Assembly (NCBI GenBank): GCA_038046345.1 | Contig: JBBSWJ010000019.1 | Location: 1-51,082 of the forward strand | Length of the DNA: 51,082 nucleotides | Reading direction: 5' to 3' | Source of the DNA: Nanobdellota archaeon | Lineage (GTDB): Archaea > Nanobdellota > Nanobdellia > SCGC-AAA011-G17 > JACPNG01 | Part shown: positions 39,130-48,831 of the stretch, piece by piece | Layout: the number at the start of each line of letters is the position of its first letter | Numbering within the stretch: the stretch's first letter is position 1 | Position numbers and translations under genes: made by a program | The notes under the pieces: model-generated | Databases searched by the model: none | What the model saw: the letters and a program-made list of their open reading frames with translations, nothing else | What the model was told of the DNA's origin: nothing

Positions 39130-40362
39130 ATGGTAAAAGTATTATTATTGTTTTTAGATGCGTTTAGGCATGATCTTGTTACTAGAGAGAATACCCCTTT
39201 TTTGTATAAGCTGTCTAGAGAAGGGATTTTTGGTAATTTAAACACGTTAGCAGGATACCATGTAGAGTATAGTATGTTTTCAGGATGTCTGCCTACAAAA
39301 CATCATGTATGGACTTGGTACGGTTTATCAAAAAATTCAGACTGGAAATGGACAAAACCATTCATACCAATATTTTTAGTATTAGATAACTATAGTATTA
39401 CAAGAAAAATTATAAGAAATTTTATATCATATTATTCAATGGGATTAAGAAAATTAAAAGGAAAATCTAGATTTATGATGGTTAATAGAATACCATTAAC
39501 AAAACTCTGGAAGTTTCAAACAACAGTTGACCGAAGTTATATAGACAAAAATCCTTTAAGAGTACCAACACTATTTGATGTTTTAAGGAAAAACAAAAAA
39601 AAATACTTAGCTTATGATTATCCAACTAAAGCAACGCATATCAAAACATCATTATATACGAGTCATGGAGATGATGTGATAACACTAAACAAATTAAAAA
39701 AATCTTTAAAGAAGGATTATGATCTTAGATTTGCACATGTATGGAACTTGGATAGTCTGCAGCATAAACATGGTACAGATTCTAATGAAGTAAGAACACA
39801 CTTAAGAAAGTTAGACACTGCAGTAAAAGAGTTATTAACTGAAGCAAGAAAAAAAGAACCAACAACAGTGATGATTTTTGCAGATCATGGAATGAGCAAA
39901 GTAGAGAAAACAGTAAATCCATTTGATGTGTTAAAAAATTATAAAGGAAAAGTTGAATGTTTTGTTGGAAGCACGTTATTAAATATCTGGTTTAAAGATA
40001 AAACCTTAAAAAAAGAATTAACTGAAAAATTTGAAAGATTGGGTTGTTATGTTTACGATAAAAACAATATTAAAAGTATAAAAATACCATATGATCATGA
40101 AATTGTTGGGGATATTATGATAGCAGTAGGACCTGGCGGGCAGTTCTGGCCAGATTATTTCAGGAAAGATGCAATTGTAAAAGCAATGCATGGATATACA
40201 GTAAAAACAAAAGACCAAGATGGAATATTTATAGTAAACGGACCTAACATTAATAAAAAGAAATTAAAAAATGTACAATTAGTTGATATCACCCCAACTG
40301 TTCTGAAATTATTTGGATTAGATATACCAAAAGCATGTGACGGTATCGCAAGATTTAATTAG
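39130..40362 (+). CDS. Alkaline phosphatase superfamily protein (phosphodiesterase/nucleotide pyrophosphatase type)
   Basis: LFLDAFRHD, LDSLQHKHG, FADHGMS, AMHGY and VDITPTVL. Confidence 0.82.
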   Translation: MVKVLLLFLDAFRHDLVTRENTPFLYKLSREGIFGNLNTLAGYHVEYSMFSGCLPTKHHVWTWYGLSKNSDWKWTKPFIPIFLVLDNYSITRKIIRNFISYYSMGLRKLKGKSRFMMVNRIPLTKLWKFQTTVDRSYIDKNPLRVPTLFDVLRKNKKKYLAYDYPTKATHIKTSLYTSHGDDVITLNKLKKSLKKDYDLRFAHVWNLDSLQHKHGTDSNEVRTHLRKLDTAVKELLTEARKKEPTTVMIFADHGMSKVEKTVNPFDVLKNYKGKVECFVGSTLLNIWFKDKTLKKELTEKFERLGCYVYDKNNIKSIKIPYDHEIVGDIMIAVGPGGQFWPDYFRKDAIVKAMHGYTVKTKDQDGIFIVNGPNINKKKLKNVQLVDITPTVLKLFGLDIPKACDGIARFN

Positions 40363-40452
40363 CGTATGAACGGTTTTAGCTATTTGTCTGTTAAGAGAAA
40401 ATTATTGTGAGCTTGAATGTTAATACCGTGTTCTGACGAAGATATAAACCAG

Positions 40453-40704
40453 TTATTTGTAAATATTTCTTCTATGCCCCACTTCTATGACATGAATAAT
40501 TAGCTTATTTTCAATAATATCCATTATTACTCTGTAATCTCCAATCCTTAATCTGAAATACTTAGATCCTACCAGTTTTTTTACGTGAATATGGGGTCTT
40601 ATTTGACATCTTTTTATTGTGGAAATAATTCTGTTTTGAGTATCTCTTGGGAGTTTGCTTAGTTGTTTATCTGCAAAATCTGAAAATATTACCTCATAAG
40701 TCAT
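40453..40704 (-). CDS. relE: RelE/ParE-family toxin
   Basis: KQLSKL...KKLVG..YFRLRIGDYRVI...VGHRRNIYK. Confidence 0.9.
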   Translation of the reverse strand: MTYEVIFSDFADKQLSKLPRDTQNRIISTIKRCQIRPHIHVKKLVGSKYFRLRIGDYRVIMDIIENKLIIHVIEVGHRRNIYK

Positions 40705-40922
40705 ATTTTTAACCTTGATTCAATGTCTGCAAGAGTTTTGACTCTTCCGGCTTTAATATCTTCTTCAGATTTTTTAATATTTGCCAAAGTTTGTTTAGAT
40801 AATTCCATAGTATCTTCTAATAAATCTTTTATTATATCTTCATAACTTTCTTTATCGTACATCTTACGAGATTTTAGATCTTCAAGCAAATCTTTACTTA
40901 TCTGGACAGTTGTTGTAGCCAT
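40701..40922 (-). CDS. Archaeal RHH-type antitoxin paired with RelE
   Basis: MATTTVQIS...ESYEDIIKDLLE...SEEDIKAGRVKTL. Overlaps the relE start by 4 nt. Confidence 0.8.
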   Translation of the reverse strand: MATTTVQISKDLLEDLKSRKMYDKESYEDIIKDLLEDTMELSKQTLANIKKSEEDIKAGRVKTLADIESRLKI

Positions 40923-41022
40923 AGTATTTATACAGAATGCTATAGTATATAAATATTTGCTTCTCTTGAGCGATACTCTTTAACACCAACAACCTTAAAA
41001 GTTCTTATAGAAAGTTAAAAAC

Positions 41023-42243
41023 ATGGAACATAATAGGTATGATATAAACCAGACAAGAATAGACTTATTTGTTACAAGTACATTAAATGATATAAAAAAG
41101 GCAGTAGAGCAAATAATATTTACATATGAAGATCAATTACCCGATAAAAATGCAAAGATATTGTTAAAGCCTAATTTGAATAATGACTTAAATGCTTTAA
41201 CTGGCTGTACTACTGATTTAAGGATAATAGTAGCAGTGATAGAGTCTCTACAAAAAAGAGGATATACAAAGATCTGTGTTGGTGATGGTCCAAACTGCGG
41301 GGCATTTCATGAGAAAATAGATGTGCACAGCCGCTTGGGAGTAACAGCCATAGGAAAAAAGTATGGGGTGGATGTTGTTGATTTTAATTTTGATGAAACT
41401 GTAATAAAAAAACTAGGAAAGAGAGAGACAAAAATATCAAAAACATTTGCAGAAGCAGATTTTGTTATAAACTTACCAAAAATAAAAACTCATACTGAAG
41501 CCAAATACTCTGGAGCCATGAAAAATTTAGTTGGTGTAAATGCTGGTTATGAAAAAAGAAATGTACACTGGGACTTGCAAAAGCATATTGTAGAATTGAA
41601 TACAATAATAAAACCTAATCTGCACATAATGGACGGGCTGATAGCAATGGAGGGAGACGGGCCAGGCGCAGGAACACCAAAAAAATTAGGAATAATATTA
41701 GCTGCAGAAAATCCATTCGTTTTAGACATGTTTACTTCAGTACTTGTTGGCTTTGAATTTGGAAGCGTACCATCATTAGCCATAGCCAAAGAAAAAGGGT
41801 ATATCAGTGATGAAGATATTTCTAGCATAAACAAATCAGGTATCTTTGGGCAGTATTCCATAAAAAAACCATCACATAGACCAGTTGTAAATTTTTTATT
41901 AACTAACTATTTTGTTTTGCCAAGATATTGGAAAGTATTTGATCCAATATTTGCAACAAGGGTGATGAACTGGTTCCTAGTAAACATGCATATCAGACAA
42001 GATTTGTATGCTGATAAGGAGAAAGATGTTATCTTAAAAAAAGAAGGAGAGGTAAGAGATTTAGAAGAGTATTGCCCTGTTGGACTCGAGATTGGCAGAG
42101 AAGATTTTGAATTCGATAATAATTGCATAAAATGTATGTACTGTTATATTGCAGGGAAAGGAAGAATAAAAGCAGAAGGGGAATTAGGTTATATGAAGGA
42201 TCAAATGAAGAGATATGAAAAATATTTTAAGAAAGAATTTTGA
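41023..42243 (+). CDS. DUF362-domain protein with C-terminal ferredoxin-like motif
   Basis: ILLKPNL, TTD.RII.AV, INLPKIKTH, AMKNLVG, DGLIAMEGDGP, and YCP...CIKCMYC. Confidence 0.85.
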   Translation: MEHNRYDINQTRIDLFVTSTLNDIKKAVEQIIFTYEDQLPDKNAKILLKPNLNNDLNALTGCTTDLRIIVAVIESLQKRGYTKICVGDGPNCGAFHEKIDVHSRLGVTAIGKKYGVDVVDFNFDETVIKKLGKRETKISKTFAEADFVINLPKIKTHTEAKYSGAMKNLVGVNAGYEKRNVHWDLQKHIVELNTIIKPNLHIMDGLIAMEGDGPGAGTPKKLGIILAAENPFVLDMFTSVLVGFEFGSVPSLAIAKEKGYISDEDISSINKSGIFGQYSIKKPSHRPVVNFLLTNYFVLPRYWKVFDPIFATRVMNWFLVNMHIRQDLYADKEKDVILKKEGEVRDLEEYCPVGLEIGREDFEFDNNCIKCMYCYIAGKGRIKAEGELGYMKDQMKRYEKYFKKEF

Positions 42244-42319
42244 TAAGGTGTGGATTTGAACTTGATTTATGATGCTTTATGACAATAATTGTTATAAAGA
42301 GTGAAGTTATTGAATATTG

Positions 42320-42706
42320 ATGCCAGAAGAAATAACTTTATGTGATGTAGTCGATAAAAGTGAAGGTGGTGAAGGTGGCAAAGATGTTCAAGCACGGAAG
42401 AGGTTGTATGGTATTGCCTCTAGAATGGCAGAATATTTTCAGTTTTGGGAGATTAAAGATGGTATGCATGTCTATCTTCTAGACTTTGAATGTGATCCTA
42501 GGAGTGTGCTTAAACTTTTTAAGGATACACTTATAGCTTATTGTGGCAGGGGTGATCGATATAGCCCTGCTGAAGAGCTGGTCATAATGGAAGCGGTAAT
42601 GAAAGTTAATGATGATCCCAGTAGTGGTATTGATATAAGTGGCTTATATCGTGACGTTGACAGGAAGTGGGTAAACAAATATCTTGACATGTTAGAGCGT
42701 ACATAA
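42320..42706 (+). CDS. Hypothetical protein
   Basis: Open frame of 128 aa filling an intergenic gap. No motif recognised. Confidence 0.55.
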   Translation: MPEEITLCDVVDKSEGGEGGKDVQARKRLYGIASRMAEYFQFWEIKDGMHVYLLDFECDPRSVLKLFKDTLIAYCGRGDRYSPAEELVIMEAVMKVNDDPSSGIDISGLYRDVDRKWVNKYLDMLERT

Positions 42707-42713
42707 CGTAGTA

Positions 42714-44189
42714 TTAGTTCGTGTTCACAAACTCATAAATAATTACAGCAGGCTGAGTTTGAGCTTCATCAAAATACCATGCCTTAACTGGTTTTACTTT
42801 ATCTTGATTTTCTTGAGGCCAAGAATAAGTCCAATCAGGTGAAGGCTCCCAACGAGTAATTAACATGTACTTTGGTTTTAGGAGATTAATTTTTTCAGGA
42901 AATTGTTCAGCAGTAGAAGTGTAAGAATCAATGTTTCTATCAGAATAATATAACAATTGAGGCTGCCCAGAACTAATAATCCTGTCTGTAGGCTCTGAAT
43001 TTTCTTTAATCCATTCACCAGCAAACTTCAAATGGATAAAAGTATCCCTTTTAGAAACAATTAATTCATCAGCGAATACAACCTGTGAATAGCCACCGAA
43101 ACCTAACAATAATAAAACAATAACAACACCAAAGATTTTAGACTTAAACAGCCTATCAGAAACAGAACTTATCTTTTCAGAAGCATAACCAATCAATAAA
43201 GCAAACATTGGAAGAGTAAGCATTAGGTACCTTTCTTCAACTACAGCAGTAACCAATCCAAAAATTATTATCGGCATAAGAATCCATACAAGCATAAACA
43301 ATTTCCTTCGTATCTTTTCATTTTTGAAAATAATATCCAAACCTAAAAATAACTCAGTGAAATAAGTTAAACCAAAAGCAGCTAAAAAAATAAAAGTACC
43401 TTGATATATATAATTTAAATTTTTAATATAATCAAAAATTAGAATCTCCCTGCCTGTAAAATAATGAATTAATGAACCCTTTACCCCTTCATTAGCACCT
43501 TCATAACTAAAAAATTTAATAAAGAAAGGAGTTAGAATAATTAAGAAAATAATAAGCATGATCCATAAATGTTTATTCTTAAGAAACTTTAGTTTTTCTT
43601 TGGTAATAATGTAAACTAAAATTGGAACTACAGTGATAAAATAACCCAATCTTGTAAATATTGAAAGACTGATTAGGATAGCTGCCAGATACATTAGTTT
43701 AGGCTTTTCTGGATAACCTTTTAAGAAATAATAAATACCGGGGATTATAAAAGCAAGAGCAGGAACGTCTGTTAAAAGTCTTGAAGTAAAAAATAAATGC
43801 AACCATGAAGTGCCCAAAACAAAGGCAGCAATGGCTCCAACATACTTGTTAAACCAAAATTTACCTAAAAGATAAGTATAAACAACAGCTACAAACGAGA
43901 AAACTAATTCAGTAAAATGTAAACTAAGCTCTCCTAAACCAATCTTATATAATCCTGCCCATAAAATTGGTAAGAAAAAAGTTCTTCTAAAATAATAATT
44001 ATCTTCTAATGATAGATCAAAACCCCATAAACGAGCCTGAGCAAGATAAGAACCCTCATCATACCAAACAGCGGAATTAATATTAAAGTATTTCCAACGC
44101 AGAAATAAAGACAATAAGAATATTCCAGTTAAAATGTAAGGAAAATACTTTGCTGCTAAGTCGGATAATCTTTTTTCTTCCATAAACAT
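42714..44189 (-). CDS. GT-C glycosyltransferase (ArnT/PMT, GT39/GT83-like)
   Basis: WYDEGSY acidic loop motif, SRLLTDVP, EERY, multiple TM helices and a soluble C-terminal domain. Confidence 0.85.
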   Translation of the reverse strand: MFMEEKRLSDLAAKYFPYILTGIFLLSLFLRWKYFNINSAVWYDEGSYLAQARLWGFDLSLEDNYYFRRTFFLPILWAGLYKIGLGELSLHFTELVFSFVAVVYTYLLGKFWFNKYVGAIAAFVLGTSWLHLFFTSRLLTDVPALAFIIPGIYYFLKGYPEKPKLMYLAAILISLSIFTRLGYFITVVPILVYIITKEKLKFLKNKHLWIMLIIFLIILTPFFIKFFSYEGANEGVKGSLIHYFTGREILIFDYIKNLNYIYQGTFIFLAAFGLTYFTELFLGLDIIFKNEKIRRKLFMLVWILMPIIIFGLVTAVVEERYLMLTLPMFALLIGYASEKISSVSDRLFKSKIFGVVIVLLLLGFGGYSQVVFADELIVSKRDTFIHLKFAGEWIKENSEPTDRIISSGQPQLLYYSDRNIDSYTSTAEQFPEKINLLKPKYMLITRWEPSPDWTYSWPQENQDKVKPVKAWYFDEAQTQPAVIIYEFVNTN

Positions 44190-44205
44190 CCAGTAAGATT
44201 ATTGT

Positions 44206-44877
44206 TTATAAGGATTTAGCCAATTTAGTTTTACATTCATTACAGAGGGCAGTATCCCTATAATCAAAAGCATCTGGGCTATAGGGTAATAATTTTTTTA
44301 AACGATTAATGCTAACTGCTAGTATCATTGGGCAATACTTTCCACTGGGGTTTAAAAGAACATGATGAATTAAACCATTGAGATGTCCCAGCTCATGAAT
44401 TGATTCTGCGCATATATGCTGAGCAGTTGGCGATTGATTTTTTATTTTAAACAATGCTGCAGAGACTATGCATACCCGTGGATTTAATCCATCTAGATAT
44501 GCTCCATATAACAGGTCATCAGGTTCATCTTCGAAGTTCACTAGAAACTCGCTGGTAATTGCTAATATGTCCGTATCAAATCTCTTTTCTAAATAATCCC
44601 CGATACCTTGTTTATCGCGTCTAGTTGCAGATAACGCATAAACGTGCGGGCGATGTACCGCTAAATCTGGATGAGTATCTTGTAAAGCTTTAATTAAATT
44701 ATCAGGAACACAAGTAAAAAAACAAGGATCTGTTGCTGGGTCTAAGCTTATTCTTTCTGTTAGGGTTATATGCCCTTGATTATACTGGGGGAAATTAGCA
44801 TAAATGTTATCTGCCATTTCTTTTAATGTTTGAAATGGAAGTTCAGAATTTATTGGAACAATTGTTAGTCTACTCAT
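44206..44877 (-). CDS. Archaemetzincin-like zinc metalloprotease (peptidase M54-like)
   Basis: HELGHLNGLIH (HExxHxxGxxH), CPM Met-turn and terminal LCNEC. Confidence 0.75.
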   Translation of the reverse strand: MSRLTIVPINSELPFQTLKEMADNIYANFPQYNQGHITLTERISLDPATDPCFFTCVPDNLIKALQDTHPDLAVHRPHVYALSATRRDKQGIGDYLEKRFDTDILAITSEFLVNFEDEPDDLLYGAYLDGLNPRVCIVSAALFKIKNQSPTAQHICAESIHELGHLNGLIHHVLLNPSGKYCPMILAVSINRLKKLLPYSPDAFDYRDTALCNECKTKLAKSL

Positions 44878-45257
44878 AAATCAAACCCTATCAATAGTGA
44901 TGCGTCCTCAGAAGACGGATGTAAATGGAATCTTTCAATTAAAAAACTATGAATTCTTGTACTTGGAGAACTTGAAACAACATCTTTTGCATTAATCTCC
45001 GGAAAATGTATTGGTGGAAAACAAACATGGTCAGCAAAATTATTATTCTTAATCACGATATTACTAATTGGTTCACGAAATAAAGAATTATGCAGAACCA
45101 TAAGAGTAAACTGACGTTTTAAGCATTCAAAAACACCAATATTCCTTTCTTCTTCTAAATCTTTAATATTGTCCTTATCATAATCATCGAGAAGGAAACA
45201 ACTATGCAAACCGGGAGTGTTATTAAGTGTGTTAATGATTTTTGATACTTTGTTCAT
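44874..45257 (-). CDS. Hypothetical protein
   Basis: 127 aa, coupled to the protease gene by a 4-nt overlap. No function recognised. Confidence 0.6.
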   Translation of the reverse strand: MNKVSKIINTLNNTPGLHSCFLLDDYDKDNIKDLEEERNIGVFECLKRQFTLMVLHNSLFREPISNIVIKNNNFADHVCFPPIHFPEINAKDVVSSSPSTRIHSFLIERFHLHPSSEDASLLIGFDL

Positions 45258-45337
45258 AAATTTGGTTAAAGATTTGAATTTAAAATAGTATCTTTTACTA
45301 GCGGTATGTTTAAAATAAATGGAGGTTGCAATTTTGT

Positions 45338-46081
45338 ATGGTAAGTAATAGATCTGAATCGTATGAGTATAGCGATAGTGTTAGAGTAACAAGAGAGGTG
45401 TTTAATTCATTATTGTACATGGCAGAAACTCATCTCTCTATGCCACATAAAAAACCACCAGATATTTCGATTAAAGTAAACAGGAAAATACATGGTAAGG
45501 CGCGTATACGCCCATTACATGTGCCAGTGCTTGAATTGTCATCATTATTATCACCTGAATCAATAATTTTCCATGAAGCAGTACATTACTTGGCTTATAG
45601 AGAAGATGGTCTTTTTTGGGGGGATAATATTGGTGGTTCAATATTTTCTACACTGCTAAATGAAACTCTTGCAGAACTTGCAACATATGAAGTTTATGGA
45701 TATGGCCCTGTGTATCGGATTGATTTTTTTGATAAATGCCAAAATAATAATATAAGATTTAGCAATGGAGTAAAAATTGATAAAGCGATATTTGATATGT
45801 TGAGGTTATCTTGTAAGGTTGATGTTTTTTGGGCTAAAAAAGGTAAGCAAAAAGATAAAAAAACAGTGTTAAAAGAGTTTATTGAACTGTGTGTTGATAA
45901 TAAGCATAAACTTGACTATTTCATAAAGATTCGCGCAGTAGAATGCGCAAAAAGCCTTAGAAATGCTGATTATAAAGCTAGAACATTAATGGATAGATAC
46001 AAGCATACTGAAAGGGATGAGGCTGGTGCACTGATATTTTATGTTAAGAGCGTTATACCAGCTATGAGGATCAGTGAATAA
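45338..46081 (+). CDS. Hypothetical protein with zincin-like HExxH motif
   Basis: IIFHEAVHY and downstream LNETLAE (possible third ligand Glu). GGAGG at 45321-45325. Confidence 0.55.
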   Translation: MVSNRSESYEYSDSVRVTREVFNSLLYMAETHLSMPHKKPPDISIKVNRKIHGKARIRPLHVPVLELSSLLSPESIIFHEAVHYLAYREDGLFWGDNIGGSIFSTLLNETLAELATYEVYGYGPVYRIDFFDKCQNNNIRFSNGVKIDKAIFDMLRLSCKVDVFWAKKGKQKDKKTVLKEFIELCVDNKHKLDYFIKIRAVECAKSLRNADYKARTLMDRYKHTERDEAGALIFYVKSVIPAMRISE

Positions 46082-47135
46082 GTGTTTTAACCAAATTACC
46101 AGCAATTGTTTGGTATGCCTCGCATGGAGTCCAACAGTTTGGGCAGTTTAGCTTTTCAGCATCTATTTGTGTTTTAATCACTGTTGGTTCTTTCCATAAC
46201 TTTTTGATATTGTAATCATAGTCTCTTACATTACCAAGTGCTTTATCCCAAACAAGGCATGGAAATATATTTCCGTAAGGATCAAGAAAACAAGAAGAGT
46301 TTAGTGCTTTGCAAGGTAATGGTGATTTATTGCTTAATACGAATTCTTTAACGAAATGCGTGTATTTTTTTTCTAAAAAATTAATCTTAAAATCATTGCC
46401 TTGTTTAAATTTGTTGTAAGTATTAATTTCATTGATAACCCTTTGATTATATTCATCAGTCTTCTTTTGATCTTGGTTTTTAAAAAAGTGTTCTGAAGTA
46501 TGATATAAATTCATGTGAATGTATTTTGGGTCAATATTGTATTTGTCTCGCATCTGCTGAATGAACGAGTCTATCTTGCCCATGTTATGCATTGATGAGG
46601 TATAGCTGATAAAAACATTAAAATGGTTGTTTTCTAATGCCTTTAATTTATTAAATGTAATCATACATCTCTTGAAAGATTGTTGCATACCGCGAACAGT
46701 TTCATGATCTGATTCAAATCCATCAATGCTGATAGAAACAACAAATCTAGGAATATTTAATGTTAAAATCTTTCTAACCTGTTCTTCTATTATGTCAGGA
46801 GTGTAACCATTTGTGGTCATATGAACTACATACAACTCTTTGTCATTTTCAGTAATAGTTTTAAGGATGGTATAAACATCACGCATGAATGGTTCTCCAC
46901 CAGTTAATTGTAGCCAGGATGGCTTGGCATTTCTAAAGATTAATCCAATCTCTTCAGTGGATAGCTCTCCTTTTGTGATAGCTTTAGGGTTAGCGAGATA
47001 GTTTTTCCCTATATTACAGGTTTTACATAAGAAAGTGCAAGCATAAGTTATTGCAAAAGTGATCTTACATGGTGAGTCAAGTCTACTAAAATTAGATTTT
47101 ACAAGTTTTTTAGTGATGTTGTATACTGGTTTCAT
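46071..47135 (-). CDS. Radical SAM protein with SPASM/twitch domain
   Basis: CTFLCKTC, TGGEPF, CKAL...YGNIFPC and CPNCWTPC. Confidence 0.9.
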   Translation of the reverse strand: MKPVYNITKKLVKSNFSRLDSPCKITFAITYACTFLCKTCNIGKNYLANPKAITKGELSTEEIGLIFRNAKPSWLQLTGGEPFMRDVYTILKTITENDKELYVVHMTTNGYTPDIIEEQVRKILTLNIPRFVVSISIDGFESDHETVRGMQQSFKRCMITFNKLKALENNHFNVFISYTSSMHNMGKIDSFIQQMRDKYNIDPKYIHMNLYHTSEHFFKNQDQKKTDEYNQRVINEINTYNKFKQGNDFKINFLEKKYTHFVKEFVLSNKSPLPCKALNSSCFLDPYGNIFPCLVWDKALGNVRDYDYNIKKLWKEPTVIKTQIDAEKLNCPNCWTPCEAYQTIAGNLVKTLIH

Positions 47136-48066
47136 TTACGTACCAATCATATGCTTCTTTCAGCATTTGGATATTATCAAATTTCGGAGTCCATCCTAAT
47201 AATGTTTTTGCTTTTGTATTGTCTAATATTGAGTTCTTGTCTAAAACATAATAATGCTCTGGAGTTAAAGGTGATATCTTCAGCTTATAAAGTATTTTAC
47301 ATCCAGTTCTTGCTAAGATTGCTGGAACGGGCAGGACTATTGACTTTGATTTTGAATAGTCAATAAGTGATTTAAACTCTTCTTTAACAGTCGGAATATT
47401 ATCAGAGCCAAGATTAAAGGTTTCACCGGGTTTAATATATTTTTCAGCAAGTAATAAAGCATCAACACAATCATGAACGCTAACCATCTGGATTTTATTA
47501 TTCCCATTTCCAAAAGTTGGTAGTGGATAGCTATTATGAACATAGCTAATAAATTTTTTAAAAACACCATAAATACCAGGACCGATAATTGCCATAGGCC
47601 GAACTATTACAACATCAACTCCCTTTTTAACATATTCTTGGCATTTTATTTCAGCTTGCCATTTGGTGATACCATATGCTCCTTGTGGGTTTTTTGGATC
47701 GTCTTCTTTTAATGGAAATTGCCTGCCACCACCGTAAACACCTGAACTTGAAACGTGAACTAATTTAATATTCTTGGCAAGGCATATTTTTAAAGTATTT
47801 TCAGTACCTTTAACAATGGTATCAACATAAGCACTGTAATTTACGTTTGATTGCGGAACTAATGAAGCTAAATGAAAAATGCTATCAATATTTTTAGTAA
47901 CTTTGTCAAGTGTTTCAATATTTCTTATATCGCCTTTAATAAACTCAACATCCTTGTTAGCGCAGTCTCTTATGTCTAAAACACGCACTTCTTTTTTGTG
48001 TTTAAGCAAGCTTTTGAGTAAATGCGAACCAACAAATCCAGACCCGCCTGTAACTAAGATTACCAT
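47110..48066 (-). CDS. NAD-dependent epimerase/dehydratase (extended SDR)
   Basis: TGGSGFVGS, VSSSGVYG and intact YGITK. Confidence 0.9.
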   Translation of the reverse strand: MVILVTGGSGFVGSHLLKSLLKHKKEVRVLDIRDCANKDVEFIKGDIRNIETLDKVTKNIDSIFHLASLVPQSNVNYSAYVDTIVKGTENTLKICLAKNIKLVHVSSSGVYGGGRQFPLKEDDPKNPQGAYGITKWQAEIKCQEYVKKGVDVVIVRPMAIIGPGIYGVFKKFISYVHNSYPLPTFGNGNNKIQMVSVHDCVDALLLAEKYIKPGETFNLGSDNIPTVKEEFKSLIDYSKSKSIVLPVPAILARTGCKILYKLKISPLTPEHYYVLDKNSILDNTKAKTLLGWTPKFDNIQMLKEAYDWYVNETSIQHH

Positions 48067-48734
48067 ATATCTTTAAACAACCTCCATACAAATTTCCAGC
48101 CAATTTTCCAGAGATTAATGTTTGACTTACCATGTTTTCTTTCATATTCATGAGCAGGGATTTCCTTGATGCGGTTCTTTTTTTTTAAAGCTTTTAAGAT
48201 CATTTCTTGTTCAATATCAAAATCATCAGCATTTAATTTTAAATCTTTAGCAATAGATACCTTTAATGCGCGAAAACCATTTTCACAATCGCTTAGACGA
48301 ACATTAAATCGATAATTAATTATCAGCTGGATGAGATTACTGCCAATATTTCGTATAAAGTTTGAGAAAGTCCCATGCAATTCATCGCTCCCTCCAAGCA
48401 TGCGAGAACCAATTACCATATCTGCTTTATCTTCTTGTAAAGGTTTAATCATTCTTTGAATATCTTTTGAATCGTGGGAACCATCTGCATCCATAAATAC
48501 AATAATACCATCTTGCAAATAATTTATGGCACATTTCTTAGCCTCACCATGACCTTTACCATGATCAATGATGTATTTTATTTTATTCTCCTCTAAAATT
48601 GCTTTAGTTCTATCTGAGGACTTTTTAGCAAGAATGACAAGTACTTCATCACAAAATGGTTCTGTTTCTTTGACTACCATTTTGATAGTATTCTCTTCGT
48701 TAAATGCAGGAATAACAACTGTAACTTTGTCCAT
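48060..48734 (-). CDS. GT2 glycosyltransferase, DPM1-like
   Basis: VVIPAFNEE, GKGHGEA, FMDADGSHD, IGSRML and DCENGFRA. Confidence 0.9.
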   Translation of the reverse strand: MDKVTVVIPAFNEENTIKMVVKETEPFCDEVLVILAKKSSDRTKAILEENKIKYIIDHGKGHGEAKKCAINYLQDGIIVFMDADGSHDSKDIQRMIKPLQEDKADMVIGSRMLGGSDELHGTFSNFIRNIGSNLIQLIINYRFNVRLSDCENGFRALKVSIAKDLKLNADDFDIEQEMILKALKKKNRIKEIPAHEYERKHGKSNINLWKIGWKFVWRLFKDIW

Positions 48735-48831
48735 GGCAAGAAACATTATGGCATGTTTAAAAGGTTTCTTGTGTTGTGTATCATGGCTGTTAATCTATGC
48801 AAATGATTATATTTAACTATGTAATTTTTTG

